Assembly (NCBI GenBank): GCA_965242665.1
Contig: OZ251484.1
Coordinates: 935,064 to 999,063 of the forward strand
Reading direction: 5' to 3'
From: Dehalococcoidia bacterium
Lineage (GTDB): Bacteria; Chloroflexota; Dehalococcoidia; Lucifugimonadales; VXLM01
DNA: 64,000 bases
Every line of letters begins with the position of its first letter. Positions within the stretch are counted from its first letter, which is position 1. Below the pieces are notes generated by a model. The model made no database searches. It saw only the letters and a list, made by a program, of their open reading frames with translations, and was not told the origin of the DNA. Made by a program: the position numbers and the translations under genes. Below are positions 16,361 through 26,234 of this stretch, one piece after another.

Positions 16361-16517
16361 CCTCCTCGCGGCACGCGTTGCCCCCAACTCGCAGCAGATT
16401 CGACGCACCACTTGGAACCACCCTCCCCGAACCCCCATCAATACATCGAACTGCCGCTTGTCGATTCACGACCGGGCGGCTATCATTGAAGAGTATCCTT
16501 GACACAATGGGTGATGT

Positions 16518-17357
16518 ATGGAACTTGACGAAACACTTCGGCGTCTCAATATGGATGGGTTCTGCGTCATCGACGGCGTGATTCCGTCCGACGATGTGGA
16601 TCGAACGCGCGGCGAGGTCGAGCAAGCGGTCATGCGGAGCCGCCAGACGAGCGAAGAGATGCAGACGAAGATCCGCTCGCAGGGCCATCGCGTCGGGGCG
16701 GTCGGGGTCGCATCGGTCGGGGGGCTGATCAATCATGTGCCGACCTTTGGGAAGTACCTGGCCGATCCCCGCATCACCGCTCCGTGCGAGAGCATCTTCG
16801 GGCCGTACGTGCGCGTATCGTCCGTCGGGGCAGTCATGAATTTTCCCGGCAACGCGCGCGGGTACTGGCATTCGGACTGGCCGTTCAATCAAACGGTCGC
16901 CTCTCACATTCCCGCGCCGTACGCGGACGCGGTGTTGCACGTTACCGCCATCTTCATGCTGTCCACCTTCAACGAGGAAACAGGCGGAACATTGGTCGTG
17001 CCAGGTAGTCACAGATCCAGCACGAATCCCTCCGGCGATACCACAATCGACCGCGACTCCCCCTATCCGACGGAGATCAACGCGACCGGAACCGCAGGCA
17101 GCGTCCTGTTGTTCGACAGCCGTCTATGGCACTCCGTGGCCACGAATACCAGCGACCGACCCCGCACAGCGGTCATCGCACGGTATGCCCCATGGTGGCT
17201 AAACCTTACCGTCCAGCAGCCCGGCACGCCAGACCATACTCAGATCGTAGCGGAGACCGGAGGCAAGCCAAGCGAATCTCCGCTCGTCCAACGACAGGTG
17301 TTCGACATCTTGCCAGACGCGGCAAAGCAGCTGTTCCGCCACTGGGTCGAAGCATGA
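16518..17357 (+). CDS. phytanoyl-CoA dioxygenase (PhyH) family Fe(II)/2-oxoglutarate oxygenase
   Basis: 'MDGFCVIDGVIP', H-x-D in 'GYWHSDWP', 'GGTLVVPGSH' and the distal His in 'FDSRLWHSVATNTSDRPR'. Confidence 0.7.
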   Translation: MELDETLRRLNMDGFCVIDGVIPSDDVDRTRGEVEQAVMRSRQTSEEMQTKIRSQGHRVGAVGVASVGGLINHVPTFGKYLADPRITAPCESIFGPYVRVSSVGAVMNFPGNARGYWHSDWPFNQTVASHIPAPYADAVLHVTAIFMLSTFNEETGGTLVVPGSHRSSTNPSGDTTIDRDSPYPTEINATGTAGSVLLFDSRLWHSVATNTSDRPRTAVIARYAPWWLNLTVQQPGTPDHTQIVAETGGKPSESPLVQRQVFDILPDAAKQLFRHWVEA

Positions 17358-17400
17358 ATGCAACGCAATCACGGAACATCCCCCAGCAACTCGAGACTGT

Positions 17401-17838
17401 ATGATCAGCTTCGCATTCGACTATTACCTCATGGTCGTCGTGGCTGCCGGCGGCGTCTTGCAGATCGCCGCTTCAATCGGTGAACTCGACGCACTCCTCT
17501 TCTTCAAGTCCAAGATCCGCGCCCGCGCCCTGGGCACAGCCTTGGCGGCGGCGGGACTAATCCTGTTCTTCGGAACCGCCGAACGAAATATCAATGATTA
17601 CGACGGCGGATTGGACGGCAACTTCCAACTGATGCTCTTCCTGCTGGGAACTATCACCGCCCTAGCCTTGACGGCGGCAGCGACCTCGCTCGTCAATATG
17701 GACATGAACGGCCCGTCGCGCATCGAACAAGGCATCCACTCCCTCAAACGGACCACCTACGCCAGATCGCTGGCTCATAACCTTCTCCACGTACGAAATC
17801 ACTGGCGGACATGGACGAAACCATACTTCTTTGGTTGA
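17401..17838 (+). CDS. hypothetical membrane protein
   Basis: 145-aa ORF with 3-4 hydrophobic helices. I recognise no motif. Confidence 0.5.
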   Translation: MISFAFDYYLMVVVAAGGVLQIAASIGELDALLFFKSKIRARALGTALAAAGLILFFGTAERNINDYDGGLDGNFQLMLFLLGTITALALTAAATSLVNMDMNGPSRIEQGIHSLKRTTYARSLAHNLLHVRNHWRTWTKPYFFG

Positions 17839-18380
17839 ACGGCTTCGTTGGCAAAGCCCCCGCATTCGACGCCGTCATGAAACTCGTCGTAAGCGACTAC
17901 CTCATCCCAGTCATGCTAGCGCTCGCCCTGCTGACACTGTGGTTCGGAGGCGACTCGACCAACCGCCAAAAGTACCAACTCGGAGTCATCGCAGCCGCGA
18001 TCTCGATTGCCATCAGCAACGGCTCGGTCGAGCTGCTGAACAACTTCTACTTCCGCGACAGACCATTCGTCGATCATCAGGTATCGCTACTCTTCTATGA
18101 GCCCACCGATTCCTCGTTTCCAGCGAACTCGGCGGCGCTGGCGCTGGCCATTGCAACGTCGGTGTGGATAATCAACCGACGCGCAGGCACGGCGCTGTGG
18201 TGCCTCTCGTGGCTGTACGCCTTCTCGCGGGTCTACGCAGGAGTGCACTACCCTATCGACGTGGTCGCAGGCGGACTAATAGGCATCGCCGCCGCATGGA
18301 CAGCGCACGGAGTAGCAAAGCTGCTCCGCCCAATGTTCGAGGTCGTACTAAAGGCTGCGCGCGTCGTCCTGCTGGCCTAG
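17811..18380 (+). CDS. PAP2-family phosphatase
   Basis: PAP2 motifs 'SFPANSAA' and 'SRVYAGVHYPIDVVAGGLIG' in a polytopic membrane protein. It overlaps the preceding ORF by 28 nt, so the start is uncertain. Confidence 0.8.
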   Translation: MDETILLWLNGFVGKAPAFDAVMKLVVSDYLIPVMLALALLTLWFGGDSTNRQKYQLGVIAAAISIAISNGSVELLNNFYFRDRPFVDHQVSLLFYEPTDSSFPANSAALALAIATSVWIINRRAGTALWCLSWLYAFSRVYAGVHYPIDVVAGGLIGIAAAWTAHGVAKLLRPMFEVVLKAARVVLLA

Positions 18381-18450
18381 GTATTCTCTCCCCCACTCTA
18401 TGATATGATTGAACTCGGTCGGAGCAAGCGCAATGAACTAGGGGGACCGA

Positions 18451-19389
18451 GTGGCTCATATCGTGAATAGGCGGTTGCGCTGCATTGCTCTCGCCGCTCT
18501 CTGTATCGCCGCCATGGGATGCGGAGACACCGGAGTTGGATCGTCGGTGCCGCCAGCCTCTCCGACCGTACCGCAGCCAACCGTTACGCCCCTGGCATCT
18601 CCGACTGTACCGCAGCCAACCGTTGCACCGGTGGCCTCCCCTGCAGCCATGCCAACGGCCTCCCCCGCTCCCGCCTCAACGAACGACGGCGCGGCGGACG
18701 GCGATCCACCAACCGCGCAGGAATACTACGAAGCCGGCTCTGCATACGCGGACGCAGGCGAAAACGAGTTCGCACTCGAACTGTTCGCACGCGCCATTGA
18801 GATCGACCCCAATCTTAGCGACGCATACAACGACCGCGGCGCAGCCTATATCGCCATGGGTCGGTACGACCTGGCCGAAGCAGACTTCAATAAGGCCGTC
18901 GAACTCGTTCCAGACGATCCCGACTACTACAACAACCGCGGTGTCGCCCGCATGTCCATGTTCGACGTCGACGCCGCGATCGACGACTTTACTTCCGCAA
19001 TCGAACTCGACCCCGCAATGGTGGACGCGCACCTAAACCGCGCAATGGTCTACGCGAGACTCCAGCGCTACGACGAAGCGCTCACCGACCTGGGCAGGAT
19101 ATTGGAGATCGATTCCGAGTACGAAGAGATCCACAGCTATCGGGCAAGCATATTCATGGCGCTCGGACAGCCTGCGGATGCAGTCGAGGAGCTAGATCTG
19201 CTCATCGCATCCACGCCCCCCAACGTCGACGCCTACGCGAACCGCGCCATCGCGCTCGTAGCGCTCGGCGAGGATGAACGCGCACAGATAGACTTCGACA
19301 ACGCCGTCCAACTGGGCGCAGACCCACAACGCCTCCAAACAACGCTCGACCGGGTACGCCTCGATCGCGACTCTTCGACCGAGCCGTAG
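18451..19389 (+). CDS. tetratricopeptide-repeat lipoprotein
   Basis: Lipobox 'IAAMGCG', a Pro/Thr-rich linker with a duplicated 'SPTVPQPTV', then about 6 TPR units ('AYNDRGAAYIAMGRYDLAEADFNKAVEL' and similar). Confidence 0.8.
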   Translation: MAHIVNRRLRCIALAALCIAAMGCGDTGVGSSVPPASPTVPQPTVTPLASPTVPQPTVAPVASPAAMPTASPAPASTNDGAADGDPPTAQEYYEAGSAYADAGENEFALELFARAIEIDPNLSDAYNDRGAAYIAMGRYDLAEADFNKAVELVPDDPDYYNNRGVARMSMFDVDAAIDDFTSAIELDPAMVDAHLNRAMVYARLQRYDEALTDLGRILEIDSEYEEIHSYRASIFMALGQPADAVEELDLLIASTPPNVDAYANRAIALVALGEDERAQIDFDNAVQLGADPQRLQTTLDRVRLDRDSSTEP

Positions 19390-19449
19390 CATCCCCGAAG
19401 GGTTGCCCAGGCATCACGGCAAACGACCGACGAAAGGGAAGTCTGCCTC

Positions 19450-20583
19450 ATGACTCACACCGCCGCGTTCGTGTACGAAGACGCGATGTCTCGGCACACG
19501 TTGGGCGAGACGCATCCGATGAAGCCGATCCGCCTGCGGTACACGCACGACCTCTCCAATGCCTACGGGATGTTCCACGCGGAGGGGGCGGCGCTGTCGA
19601 AGCCGCGCATGGCCACCGTCGAGGAAGTCGCAACCTTCCACACGCCAGAGTATATCCGCGCAATCAGAGCAATCGGCGAAGGAGACCGTGTGTTGAACAC
19701 AGCTGCGTTCAACATAGGCCCGGGAGACAACCCTGCATACGAGGGCATGTACGACGCCGCGATGCTATCGACGGGCGGATCCATGCGGTGCGTCGAGCTG
19801 CTGTTGGACGAAGGCTTCGACGCCGCCTTCAACATATCCGGCGGCCTGCATCACGCCATGCCCGGCCACGCCTACGGATTCTGCGTCTTCAACGACCCCG
19901 TCATGGCTATCAACGAGTTGCTGCGGCGCGGACTGCGCGTCGCCTACGTCGATATCGACTGCCATCACGGCGACGGCGTACAGCTCGCCTACTACGATAC
20001 CGACCAAGTATTGACGATCTCGATGCACGAGTCCGGCCAATTCCTATTCCCCGGCACGGGACACGTCCAAGAGATGGGCACGGGGAGGGGACGAGGTTAC
20101 TCCGTCAACGTTCCCTTGTACCCCTACACCGGCGACGACCTATACTACTGGGCATTAGAGCAAGTCACGATGCCGCTGCTCGACGCCTTCCAACCGGACG
20201 CGCTCGTCTCCCAACTCGGAATTGACACGCACTACCTCGACCCAATCACGCACTTGGCTCTGACGACACAGGGCTTCGGCAAGGTGGTCGCCAAATTTGC
20301 GGGGGTGGCGCCAAAGTGGTTGGCGCTCGGCGGAGGAGGCTATGATGTGCATGCAGTCGCCCGCTCATGGACGCTCGCCTACGGCGTGATGGCCGGACAG
20401 GATCTGGCGGACGAAATCCCTGATTCGTACCGCCGCCAACACGGAATCGAGACCATCACCGACCGCGCGCCGCTGCCGGGGGCGATTCGGTCGGCAGAAA
20501 AGGACGCGCGGACATTCGCCGAGGCCACCGTCCGCGCAGTTCAGCGCATGATCTTCCCGCTGCACGGAATCAGACCGGGATAG
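19450..20583 (+). CDS. histone-deacetylase-family enzyme (AcuC / acetylpolyamine amidohydrolase-like)
   Basis: 'SGGLHHAMPGHAYGFCVFND', 'DIDCHHGDGVQ' and 'GGGGY' motifs. Confidence 0.85.
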   Translation: MTHTAAFVYEDAMSRHTLGETHPMKPIRLRYTHDLSNAYGMFHAEGAALSKPRMATVEEVATFHTPEYIRAIRAIGEGDRVLNTAAFNIGPGDNPAYEGMYDAAMLSTGGSMRCVELLLDEGFDAAFNISGGLHHAMPGHAYGFCVFNDPVMAINELLRRGLRVAYVDIDCHHGDGVQLAYYDTDQVLTISMHESGQFLFPGTGHVQEMGTGRGRGYSVNVPLYPYTGDDLYYWALEQVTMPLLDAFQPDALVSQLGIDTHYLDPITHLALTTQGFGKVVAKFAGVAPKWLALGGGGYDVHAVARSWTLAYGVMAGQDLADEIPDSYRRQHGIETITDRAPLPGAIRSAEKDARTFAEATVRAVQRMIFPLHGIRPG

Positions 20584-20608
20584 GGCGTCCATCCTGCACA
20601 GGACGCCC
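20583..20608. terminator. inverted repeat between convergent acuC-like and dnaK genes (possible terminator)
   Basis: GGGCGTCC-N10-GGACGCCC perfect 8-bp stem directly after the stop at 20583. There is no clear U-tract. Confidence 0.35.
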
Positions 20609-20711
20609 TGCTCGAACTCGACGCCGTCATGGGAACCCCGCCGCCAGTGTCCGATGGCGTACTCATGAGGATACCCGCACGCGATAAATCGAACGGGCCC
20701 CAGATGTCCTC

Positions 20712-22622
20712 TCATTTCACCTCGCGGAACTCTCCCTCCACAGTGCGCTCGTCGTCACCGTCGGCGGACGCGCCGCTGGACGAGTCGGCCCCGTCGCCGG
20801 CGGACGCCTCCGCCCCATCCTGGCTGTAGATGGCCTGGCCCACCGCCTGGAGCGCGGTGTTCAGATCGTCCATAGCCGTCTTGATCTTGTCCGCGTCGTC
20901 TTCTGCGACGGCGGCGCGCACGGCTGCGACCTTCCCCTCGATGTCCGTCTTCATCTCCGCGGGAATCTTGCCCTCATTGTCTGCGATGAGCTTCTCCGCG
21001 GCAAACGCGGCGTTCTCCGCGGCGTTCCGGACTTCCACTTTCTCGCGCTGCTTCCTATCTTCCTCGGCGTGCTCCTCTGCGTCTCGAACCATCCGATCGA
21101 CCTCTTGGTCGCTGAGCCCGGAGCTTGCGGTTATGGTGATCTTCTGCTCCTTGCCAGTGCCTTTGTCCTTGGCAGAAACGTTGAGGATGCCGTTCGCGTC
21201 GATGTCGAACGTAACCTCGATCTGTGGAACGCCGCGCGGGGCAGGAAGGATCCCACCCAGCATGAAGCGTCCGATGCTCTTGTTGTCGGCCGCCATATCA
21301 CGCTCGCCTTGCAGCACGTGCACCTCGACGCTGGTTTGACCGTCGGCGGCAGTAGTGAACGTCTCCGTCTTGGCGGTTGGAATGGTCGTGTTGCGGGGGA
21401 TGAGTGACGTCGACACGCCGCCAAGCGTCTCTATGCCCAGGGTCAGGGGGGTCACGTCCAGCAGCAGGAGGTCTTGCACGTCGCCTTGGAGAATGCCAGC
21501 TTGAATAGCCGCTCCGATGGATACGACCTCATCGGGGTTCACGCCTTGGTGCGCCTCCTTGCCAAAGAGGCCTTCCACGGCCTTTTGCACCGCCGGCATC
21601 CGAGTCATGCCGCCGACGAGGATCACCTCGTCCACCCCGTTGGCCTCGACCTCCGCGTCTTCCAGCGCCTGCCTGCAGGGGCCAATCGACTTCTCGACAA
21701 GGTCTCCAACGAGCTGCTCCAGCTTGGATCTCGACAGGCTCATCACCAAGTGCTTCGGGCCGGACGCGTCTGCGGTGATGAACGGCAGGTTGATTTCCGT
21801 CTCCATAAGCGAGGACAGCTCGATCTTGGCCTTCTCTGCGGCCTCTCGCAGACGCTGGATGGCCATGCGGTCGTTGGCGAGGTCGATCGCTTGGTCGCGC
21901 TTGAATTCGGCGACGATCCAATCCATGATCCGCTGGTCGAAGTCGTCCCCACCAAGGTGCGTGTCGCCGTTGGTGGAGCGCACCTCGAAGACTCCGTCCC
22001 CAATCTGGAGGATGGTGATGTCGAACGTTCCGCCGCCCAAGTCGTAAACCGCGATGGTTTCCTCATTCTTCTTGTCGAGTCCATACGCCAGAGACGCCGC
22101 GGTCGGTTCGTTGATGATGCGCAGCACTTCCAAACCGGCGATGCGCCCGGCATCCTTGGTGGCGTTCCGTTGGCTATCGTTGAAGTACGCAGGCACAGTG
22201 ATGACCGCCTGCGTAATCCTCTCACCAAGCTTGGCCTCCGCGTCTTGCTTGAGCTTCTGCAAGACCATCGCAGACACTTCCGGCGGCGCGTAGCCCTTCC
22301 CCCCCATGGAGACATAGGCGTCGCCGTTGCCGTGTCTCTCCACTTTGAACGGGACGAGCTTGACGTCCCTCTGCACGCTGTCCTCGTCGTACCTGCGACC
22401 CATGAATCGCTTGACCGAGAAGATCGTATTCTCGGGGTTCGTCACGGCCTGCCGTTTGGCGGTGGTGCCAACGTAGCGCTCGCCGCTCTTCGGATTCAGC
22501 GCTACGACCGATGGGGTGGTGCGACCGCCTTCGGCGTTCTCTACGACGCGCGGCTCACCTCCTTCGATGACCGCCATGCACGAGTTGGTCGTGCCAAGAT
22601 CGATTCCCAATACCTTCGCCAT
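20712..22622 (-). CDS. dnaK: molecular chaperone DnaK
   Basis: '[12 protein letters not shown]', 'DLGGGTFD' and '[11 protein letters not shown]'. 636 aa. Confidence 0.98.
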   Translation of the reverse strand: MAKVLGIDLGTTNSCMAVIEGGEPRVVENAEGGRTTPSVVALNPKSGERYVGTTAKRQAVTNPENTIFSVKRFMGRRYDEDSVQRDVKLVPFKVERHGNGDAYVSMGGKGYAPPEVSAMVLQKLKQDAEAKLGERITQAVITVPAYFNDSQRNATKDAGRIAGLEVLRIINEPTAASLAYGLDKKNEETIAVYDLGGGTFDITILQIGDGVFEVRSTNGDTHLGGDDFDQRIMDWIVAEFKRDQAIDLANDRMAIQRLREAAEKAKIELSSLMETEINLPFITADASGPKHLVMSLSRSKLEQLVGDLVEKSIGPCRQALEDAEVEANGVDEVILVGGMTRMPAVQKAVEGLFGKEAHQGVNPDEVVSIGAAIQAGILQGDVQDLLLLDVTPLTLGIETLGGVSTSLIPRNTTIPTAKTETFTTAADGQTSVEVHVLQGERDMAADNKSIGRFMLGGILPAPRGVPQIEVTFDIDANGILNVSAKDKGTGKEQKITITASSGLSDQEVDRMVRDAEEHAEEDRKQREKVEVRNAAENAAFAAEKLIADNEGKIPAEMKTDIEGKVAAVRAAVAEDDADKIKTAMDDLNTALQAVGQAIYSQDGAEASAGDGADSSSGASADGDDERTVEGEFREVK

Positions 22623-23185
22623 TATCTTGTCTCCTTGTCATTGTTCGATTCGGTGGATTCTGGTTGCTCCGGGCGTCTGGCCACTACAACCTGCGCGGCT
22701 CGAAGCACGCGATTCCGGTACATGTATCCTTCCTGATAAACCTCCACGACTGTTCCTTCGTCACCGTCGTCGGTCTCGCGAAACTGAATTGCAGTCGCAT
22801 ACTCAGGGTCGTAAGGCTTGCCGAGGGTGGGGAGCTGTGTCACCCCCTCGGCGTCCAACACATTGACGACGTTTCGCCGCACGAGTTCGATCCCCTCGCT
22901 CCAGCCGGACGGTTGATCGCCGGGAATCATCGCCAGCGCGCGGTCTAGGTCATCGACGGTCGAGAGTATCTTCAGAAGCAGAGACGACTTGGCGTTCAGA
23001 CGGATCTCTTCTTTCTCCTCTTCTGCCCGTCTGCGGTAGTTGACTAGATCCGCCTGCGCGCGGGCGGCAATGTTCTTGAACTGCTCCCGCTCCCGCTCCG
23101 CCTCTTCCAAGCGCGCTTGCAAATCACCGCACTCGCCGCCGTCGCGCTCACCTCCCAAGTCAGCCTCCTGTTGTCGTTCGGTCAT
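22622..23185 (-). CDS. grpE: nucleotide exchange factor GrpE
   Basis: 187 aa. Coiled-coil N-terminus, then '[23 protein letters not shown]' and a C-terminal beta domain. Its stop overlaps the dnaK ATG (TAATG). Confidence 0.9.
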   Translation of the reverse strand: MTERQQEADLGGERDGGECGDLQARLEEAEREREQFKNIAARAQADLVNYRRRAEEEKEEIRLNAKSSLLLKILSTVDDLDRALAMIPGDQPSGWSEGIELVRRNVVNVLDAEGVTQLPTLGKPYDPEYATAIQFRETDDGDEGTVVEVYQEGYMYRNRVLRAAQVVVARRPEQPESTESNNDKETR

Positions 23186-23272
23186 TGGCCGCCACCTCTC
23201 ACCAGAGTTTTGCGAATCGAGAATACAGAAGAACCGGACTCGCAGACCGCTCGCTCTACATTTACCATAGCC

Positions 23273-23758
23273 CTAGCTCCGCCGAGAGTACAACGTCGAG
23301 ATTATGTCATCGAGCCTATCGTCGAGCGCTTGCCTGGCGTCCACGATGTCCGCCCGCCCTATCTCCGCCTTGGCCGCAAGCAGCTTGGTGAACACCTCCA
23401 ACACGAGTTGGACGCCCGCGAGATTCAAGCCCAGGTCTCCTACGAGATGCTTGATGAGGCGGAGGCGCGCAATGTCGAGCTCGGAGTAGAGACGAAGCAT
23501 CCCGGCCGTGCGAGTCGGTCTGACGAGTCCGACCCGCTCGTACTTGCGGAGCGTCTGCGGGTGCATCTCGAGAATGCGCGCTGCGACGCTGATGATGTAC
23601 ACGCCGTCCAAGCCGCCGTGCGTCTCGCGAGAACGAACCGACCCGCCGCCGGCCGTCTCCGCAGCAGCGTCCTGAAGCATCCCCGCTAACCTAGAAGAGG
23701 CCATCCGCGTTCTATTGACAAAGCCGCGGCGGCGGGAACTATCCGAATCGAACACCAT
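23273..23758 (-). CDS. hspR: MerR-family heat-shock regulator HspR
   Basis: 'YIISVAARILEMHPQTLRKYERVGLVRPTRTAGMLRLYSELDIARLRLIKHLV' is a MerR helix-turn-helix of HspR type. It is the first gene of the grpE-dnaK operon. Confidence 0.8.
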   Translation of the reverse strand: MVFDSDSSRRRGFVNRTRMASSRLAGMLQDAAAETAGGGSVRSRETHGGLDGVYIISVAARILEMHPQTLRKYERVGLVRPTRTAGMLRLYSELDIARLRLIKHLVGDLGLNLAGVQLVLEVFTKLLAAKAEIGRADIVDARQALDDRLDDIISTLYSRRS

Positions 23759-23799
23759 GCTAACTCCACCACTCCAGAAACGTTATAGAGCATGAATCT

Positions 23800-23828
23800 A
23801 TTGTAAAACTTGATACGACCCATGTCAA
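23800..23828 (-). promoter_or_regulatory. sigma70-type promoter of hspR-grpE-dnaK with an overlapping HAIR-like inverted repeat
   Basis: On the minus strand: TTGACA (23828-23823), a 17-nt spacer and TACAAT (23805-23800), about 42 nt upstream of the hspR ATG. The inverted repeat CTTGATA-N7-TGTCAAC overlaps the -35. Confidence 0.6.
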
Positions 23829-23920
23829 CCCGACCAACCAAAGGACGCATTGGGGTTGCCCCGAAGGTATCTATCGAAACATCAGAATCGGACGGACGCG
23901 AACGGAAAGGAGACCTTGCA

Positions 23921-24130
23921 ATGGTTATGTTCAAGGCTTGCCCAAGGTGCATGGGCGACATGCACGTAAACAAGGACATGTACGGCGAATACCGCGAGTG
24001 CCTCATGTGCGGCTTCATGGCAGACATCGCCAAGCAGAGCGCGATCGGAATCGACCTCGCAGCCGCCGCGAACGAGAAGAAGACGAAGCCGCGCGCCCGA
24101 ACGCGCAAAGTGGCGGTGAAGGCGGCGTAG
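23921..24130 (+). CDS. small zinc-ribbon protein (hypothetical)
   Basis: I prefer the ATG at 23921, which has GGAGA 7 nt upstream, over the TTG at 23810. 69 aa: 'CPRCMGDM..18 aa..CLMCGF' with a Lys/Arg-rich tail. A strong terminator follows. Confidence 0.55.
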   Translation: MVMFKACPRCMGDMHVNKDMYGEYRECLMCGFMADIAKQSAIGIDLAAAANEKKTKPRARTRKVAVKAA

Positions 24131-24174
24131 AGAACGCAGCGGACACACACAGCGCCCCCACCCGGCGCAGAACG

Positions 24175-24217
24175 AAAGTCCCCTCCGCGCAACTCGTGCG
24201 GAGGGGACTTTTCTCTT
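24175..24217. terminator. bidirectional Rho-independent terminator
   Basis: AAAGTCCCCTCCGC (24175-24188), a 9-nt loop and GCGGAGGGGACTTT (24198-24211), followed by TCTCTT. It lies between convergent genes and the complementary strand also ends T-rich. Confidence 0.75.
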
Positions 24218-24269
24218 CGCCATGACACGGAAACTCGCTTGCGCGCAACCGTTCAGGAAAGGTAGCGGG

Positions 24270-24878
24270 TTACCCATTTCCCCCGCGGCGCAGGACTTCC
24301 AACACCTCCTCACAGCGGCTCCGTTCGTCAAAGAGGATGTTTACCGCGGCCAAATACTCGCCATGGATGCTTTCAGATTCTTTTGCAATGTCAGAGATCC
24401 GCCAATCGGCACCGTTGGTCAGAACGGCATAGCCGGACTTGAGTTCCAGTTGTTCTACATAACCCTTGACCTGTTCGAGATCCGCCGTCAGATCCCTCCA
24501 TATTGCAATGACCGGGGGAGGGTTGGGGATTTCTTCACCGCGTTGAAATTTCTCCCAGGCGCCCTTCATTCTGGCTCTGTCTTCTGCCCTATTCGCCTTG
24601 TGGATACCCACATACTCCCTGGGTAGTGGCTTTGCTTCCACAAGGATCACGGGCTTCTCACCGGAGAAGAGCGCGTAGTCAACCCGATAGGGGTTGGGCA
24701 GGTCCGTGGTCTCATGCTCGATCTTAACTTGCGATGGATCCTCAAGATCCCACCCAAGCGCTTGGAGTATCGGGTCGATGAGCGTGTACCGAGTGCGAAT
24801 CTCCATGGATGCTATGTAATCCTCTTCATCCTCCACGACGTGTTTGCGCGCTCGGCCGATTGCATCCCTCAACGACAT
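24270..24878 (-). CDS. stand-alone HsdR-N-terminal-like (PD-(D/E)xK) domain protein
   Basis: 'EIRTRYTLIDPILQALGWDLEDPSQVKIEHET..YRVDYALFSGEKPVILVEAKPL' fits the Type I restriction enzyme R N-terminal domain pattern (PF13588-like). C-terminal 'GYAVLTNGADWRI'. Confidence 0.6.
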   Translation of the reverse strand: MSLRDAIGRARKHVVEDEEDYIASMEIRTRYTLIDPILQALGWDLEDPSQVKIEHETTDLPNPYRVDYALFSGEKPVILVEAKPLPREYVGIHKANRAEDRARMKGAWEKFQRGEEIPNPPPVIAIWRDLTADLEQVKGYVEQLELKSGYAVLTNGADWRISDIAKESESIHGEYLAAVNILFDERSRCEEVLEVLRRGGNG

Positions 24879-25008
24879 TGCAAACCCCCTTCCTGCGTCA
24901 AGTTCACCAGTAGGTAGGCACTATAGCACGAATTGGGGCGCGTGTCTACACGCCGCCTACAGGATGAAGCGCGCGGACGCCGCCGGGAACCTCAACTACC
25001 AGTTCACT

Positions 25009-26112
25009 CTAATGGAAGCACCCGCGGCCGGGAATATCCCACACGCCCTCGACGAGACCGTCTCGGACGGCCACGAACCGGTCCCAACGGTTCACCAACC
25101 CGTCGGCGTATCCCGGTATGAGGGTTACCACGTCGCCTACTTGGAGACTCATCTCTTGGTCGCTGGTCAACACGAGGTGTTCGTCCGCGATTTGGGACAC
25201 GGCGACACCGGGCATTCCCTCGACGTCCGGGCCGAACTCGTTGGAGATCAAACAGAGCTGCCGCGCGCCAATATCCACGACCGCAGCGCCCGGCCGCGGC
25301 CTACTCACGACGCCGGCGAGGAGCTTGGCGGCATACCTGAACTCGGACATGAAGCCAAGCATCGTATCCATGAGCGCGTATGTGCCGCCTTCGACCTCGG
25401 TGACGCCGGGCATCCGAGCAGCCAGCTTGTACGAAAACGTCTCGCCGCTGGAGACCATCTCCACCGGAACGCCTTCCGCCTCGATCGCATCCTTTACGTC
25501 CAAGCACATGCGAATGTGCCGAGTCCCAGACTCCGTATACTCCTCGACAGACGGCCAGCCCTCTACGTGCTGGTGACTCATGACGCCCATGAAGCGAACG
25601 CCCGGCAGATCGGCGGCCAGCTTGGCGATCTCTACCCCCTGCTGCGCGTTCCGCACCCCGGCGCGTCCCATGGACGTATCGACCTCGATGAGGATTCCGA
25701 TTGTGACGCCGTTGGATTCGGCAGCGGCGGAGACGGCGCGAACATTGTCAGGATCGTCGACGCAAACCTTGATGTCCCCCCGCCGCGCGAGCGCACACAG
25801 GCGGACGAGCTTGTCGCTAGTGACTATCTGGTTTGGGATGAGTATGTCGTCGATCCCGTTCTGCAGCATCACCTCGGCCTCCGAAACCTTCGCGGCGCAT
25901 ACCCCCCCGACCGTGCCTCCCATCTCTATCTGCATCCGCGCCAGAAACGGACTCTTGAGGTTCTTCGTGTGCGCCCGCATCTTCGTCCGCGTGTCACGGT
26001 ACGTCTCCGCCACCACCCGCAAGTTACTCTCATACGCATCCATATCCACGATCAGACACGGCGTATCGAGATACTCGACGGGGGAGCCGGGCTGTGGCGT
26101 GTAATAGTCCAA
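25009..26112 (-). CDS. PLP-dependent D-serine/D-threonine aldolase-dehydratase-like enzyme (alanine racemase N-terminal domain family)
   Basis: 'LDTPCLIVDMDAYESNL', the PLP lysine context 'MRAHTKNLKSP', 'GVCAAKVSEAE' and a C-terminal beta-barrel domain. Confidence 0.7.
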   Translation of the reverse strand: MDYYTPQPGSPVEYLDTPCLIVDMDAYESNLRVVAETYRDTRTKMRAHTKNLKSPFLARMQIEMGGTVGGVCAAKVSEAEVMLQNGIDDILIPNQIVTSDKLVRLCALARRGDIKVCVDDPDNVRAVSAAAESNGVTIGILIEVDTSMGRAGVRNAQQGVEIAKLAADLPGVRFMGVMSHQHVEGWPSVEEYTESGTRHIRMCLDVKDAIEAEGVPVEMVSSGETFSYKLAARMPGVTEVEGGTYALMDTMLGFMSEFRYAAKLLAGVVSRPRPGAAVVDIGARQLCLISNEFGPDVEGMPGVAVSQIADEHLVLTSDQEMSLQVGDVVTLIPGYADGLVNRWDRFVAVRDGLVEGVWDIPGRGCFH

Positions 26113-26234
26113 AACGATGCCTCCACGTTGTTCGATGTGCGATAGTATACATTGTCGAGTGGCTGCTTGTGCGGGTCGTACCGCAAGCGCTCGAACCAGT
26201 ACTGAGGCGGTAAGCGGAGAAAACTCGAACGACC

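Noticed and set aside
24844-26145. 433-aa plus-strand ORF, and similarly 30536..31948+, 29878..30909+, 36206..37393+, 39766..40713+ and 21474..22736+
   Set aside because: Each is antisense to a gene with clear family motifs (PLP enzyme, SelA-like, HpcH aldolase, Type ISP enzyme, kbl, dnaK).
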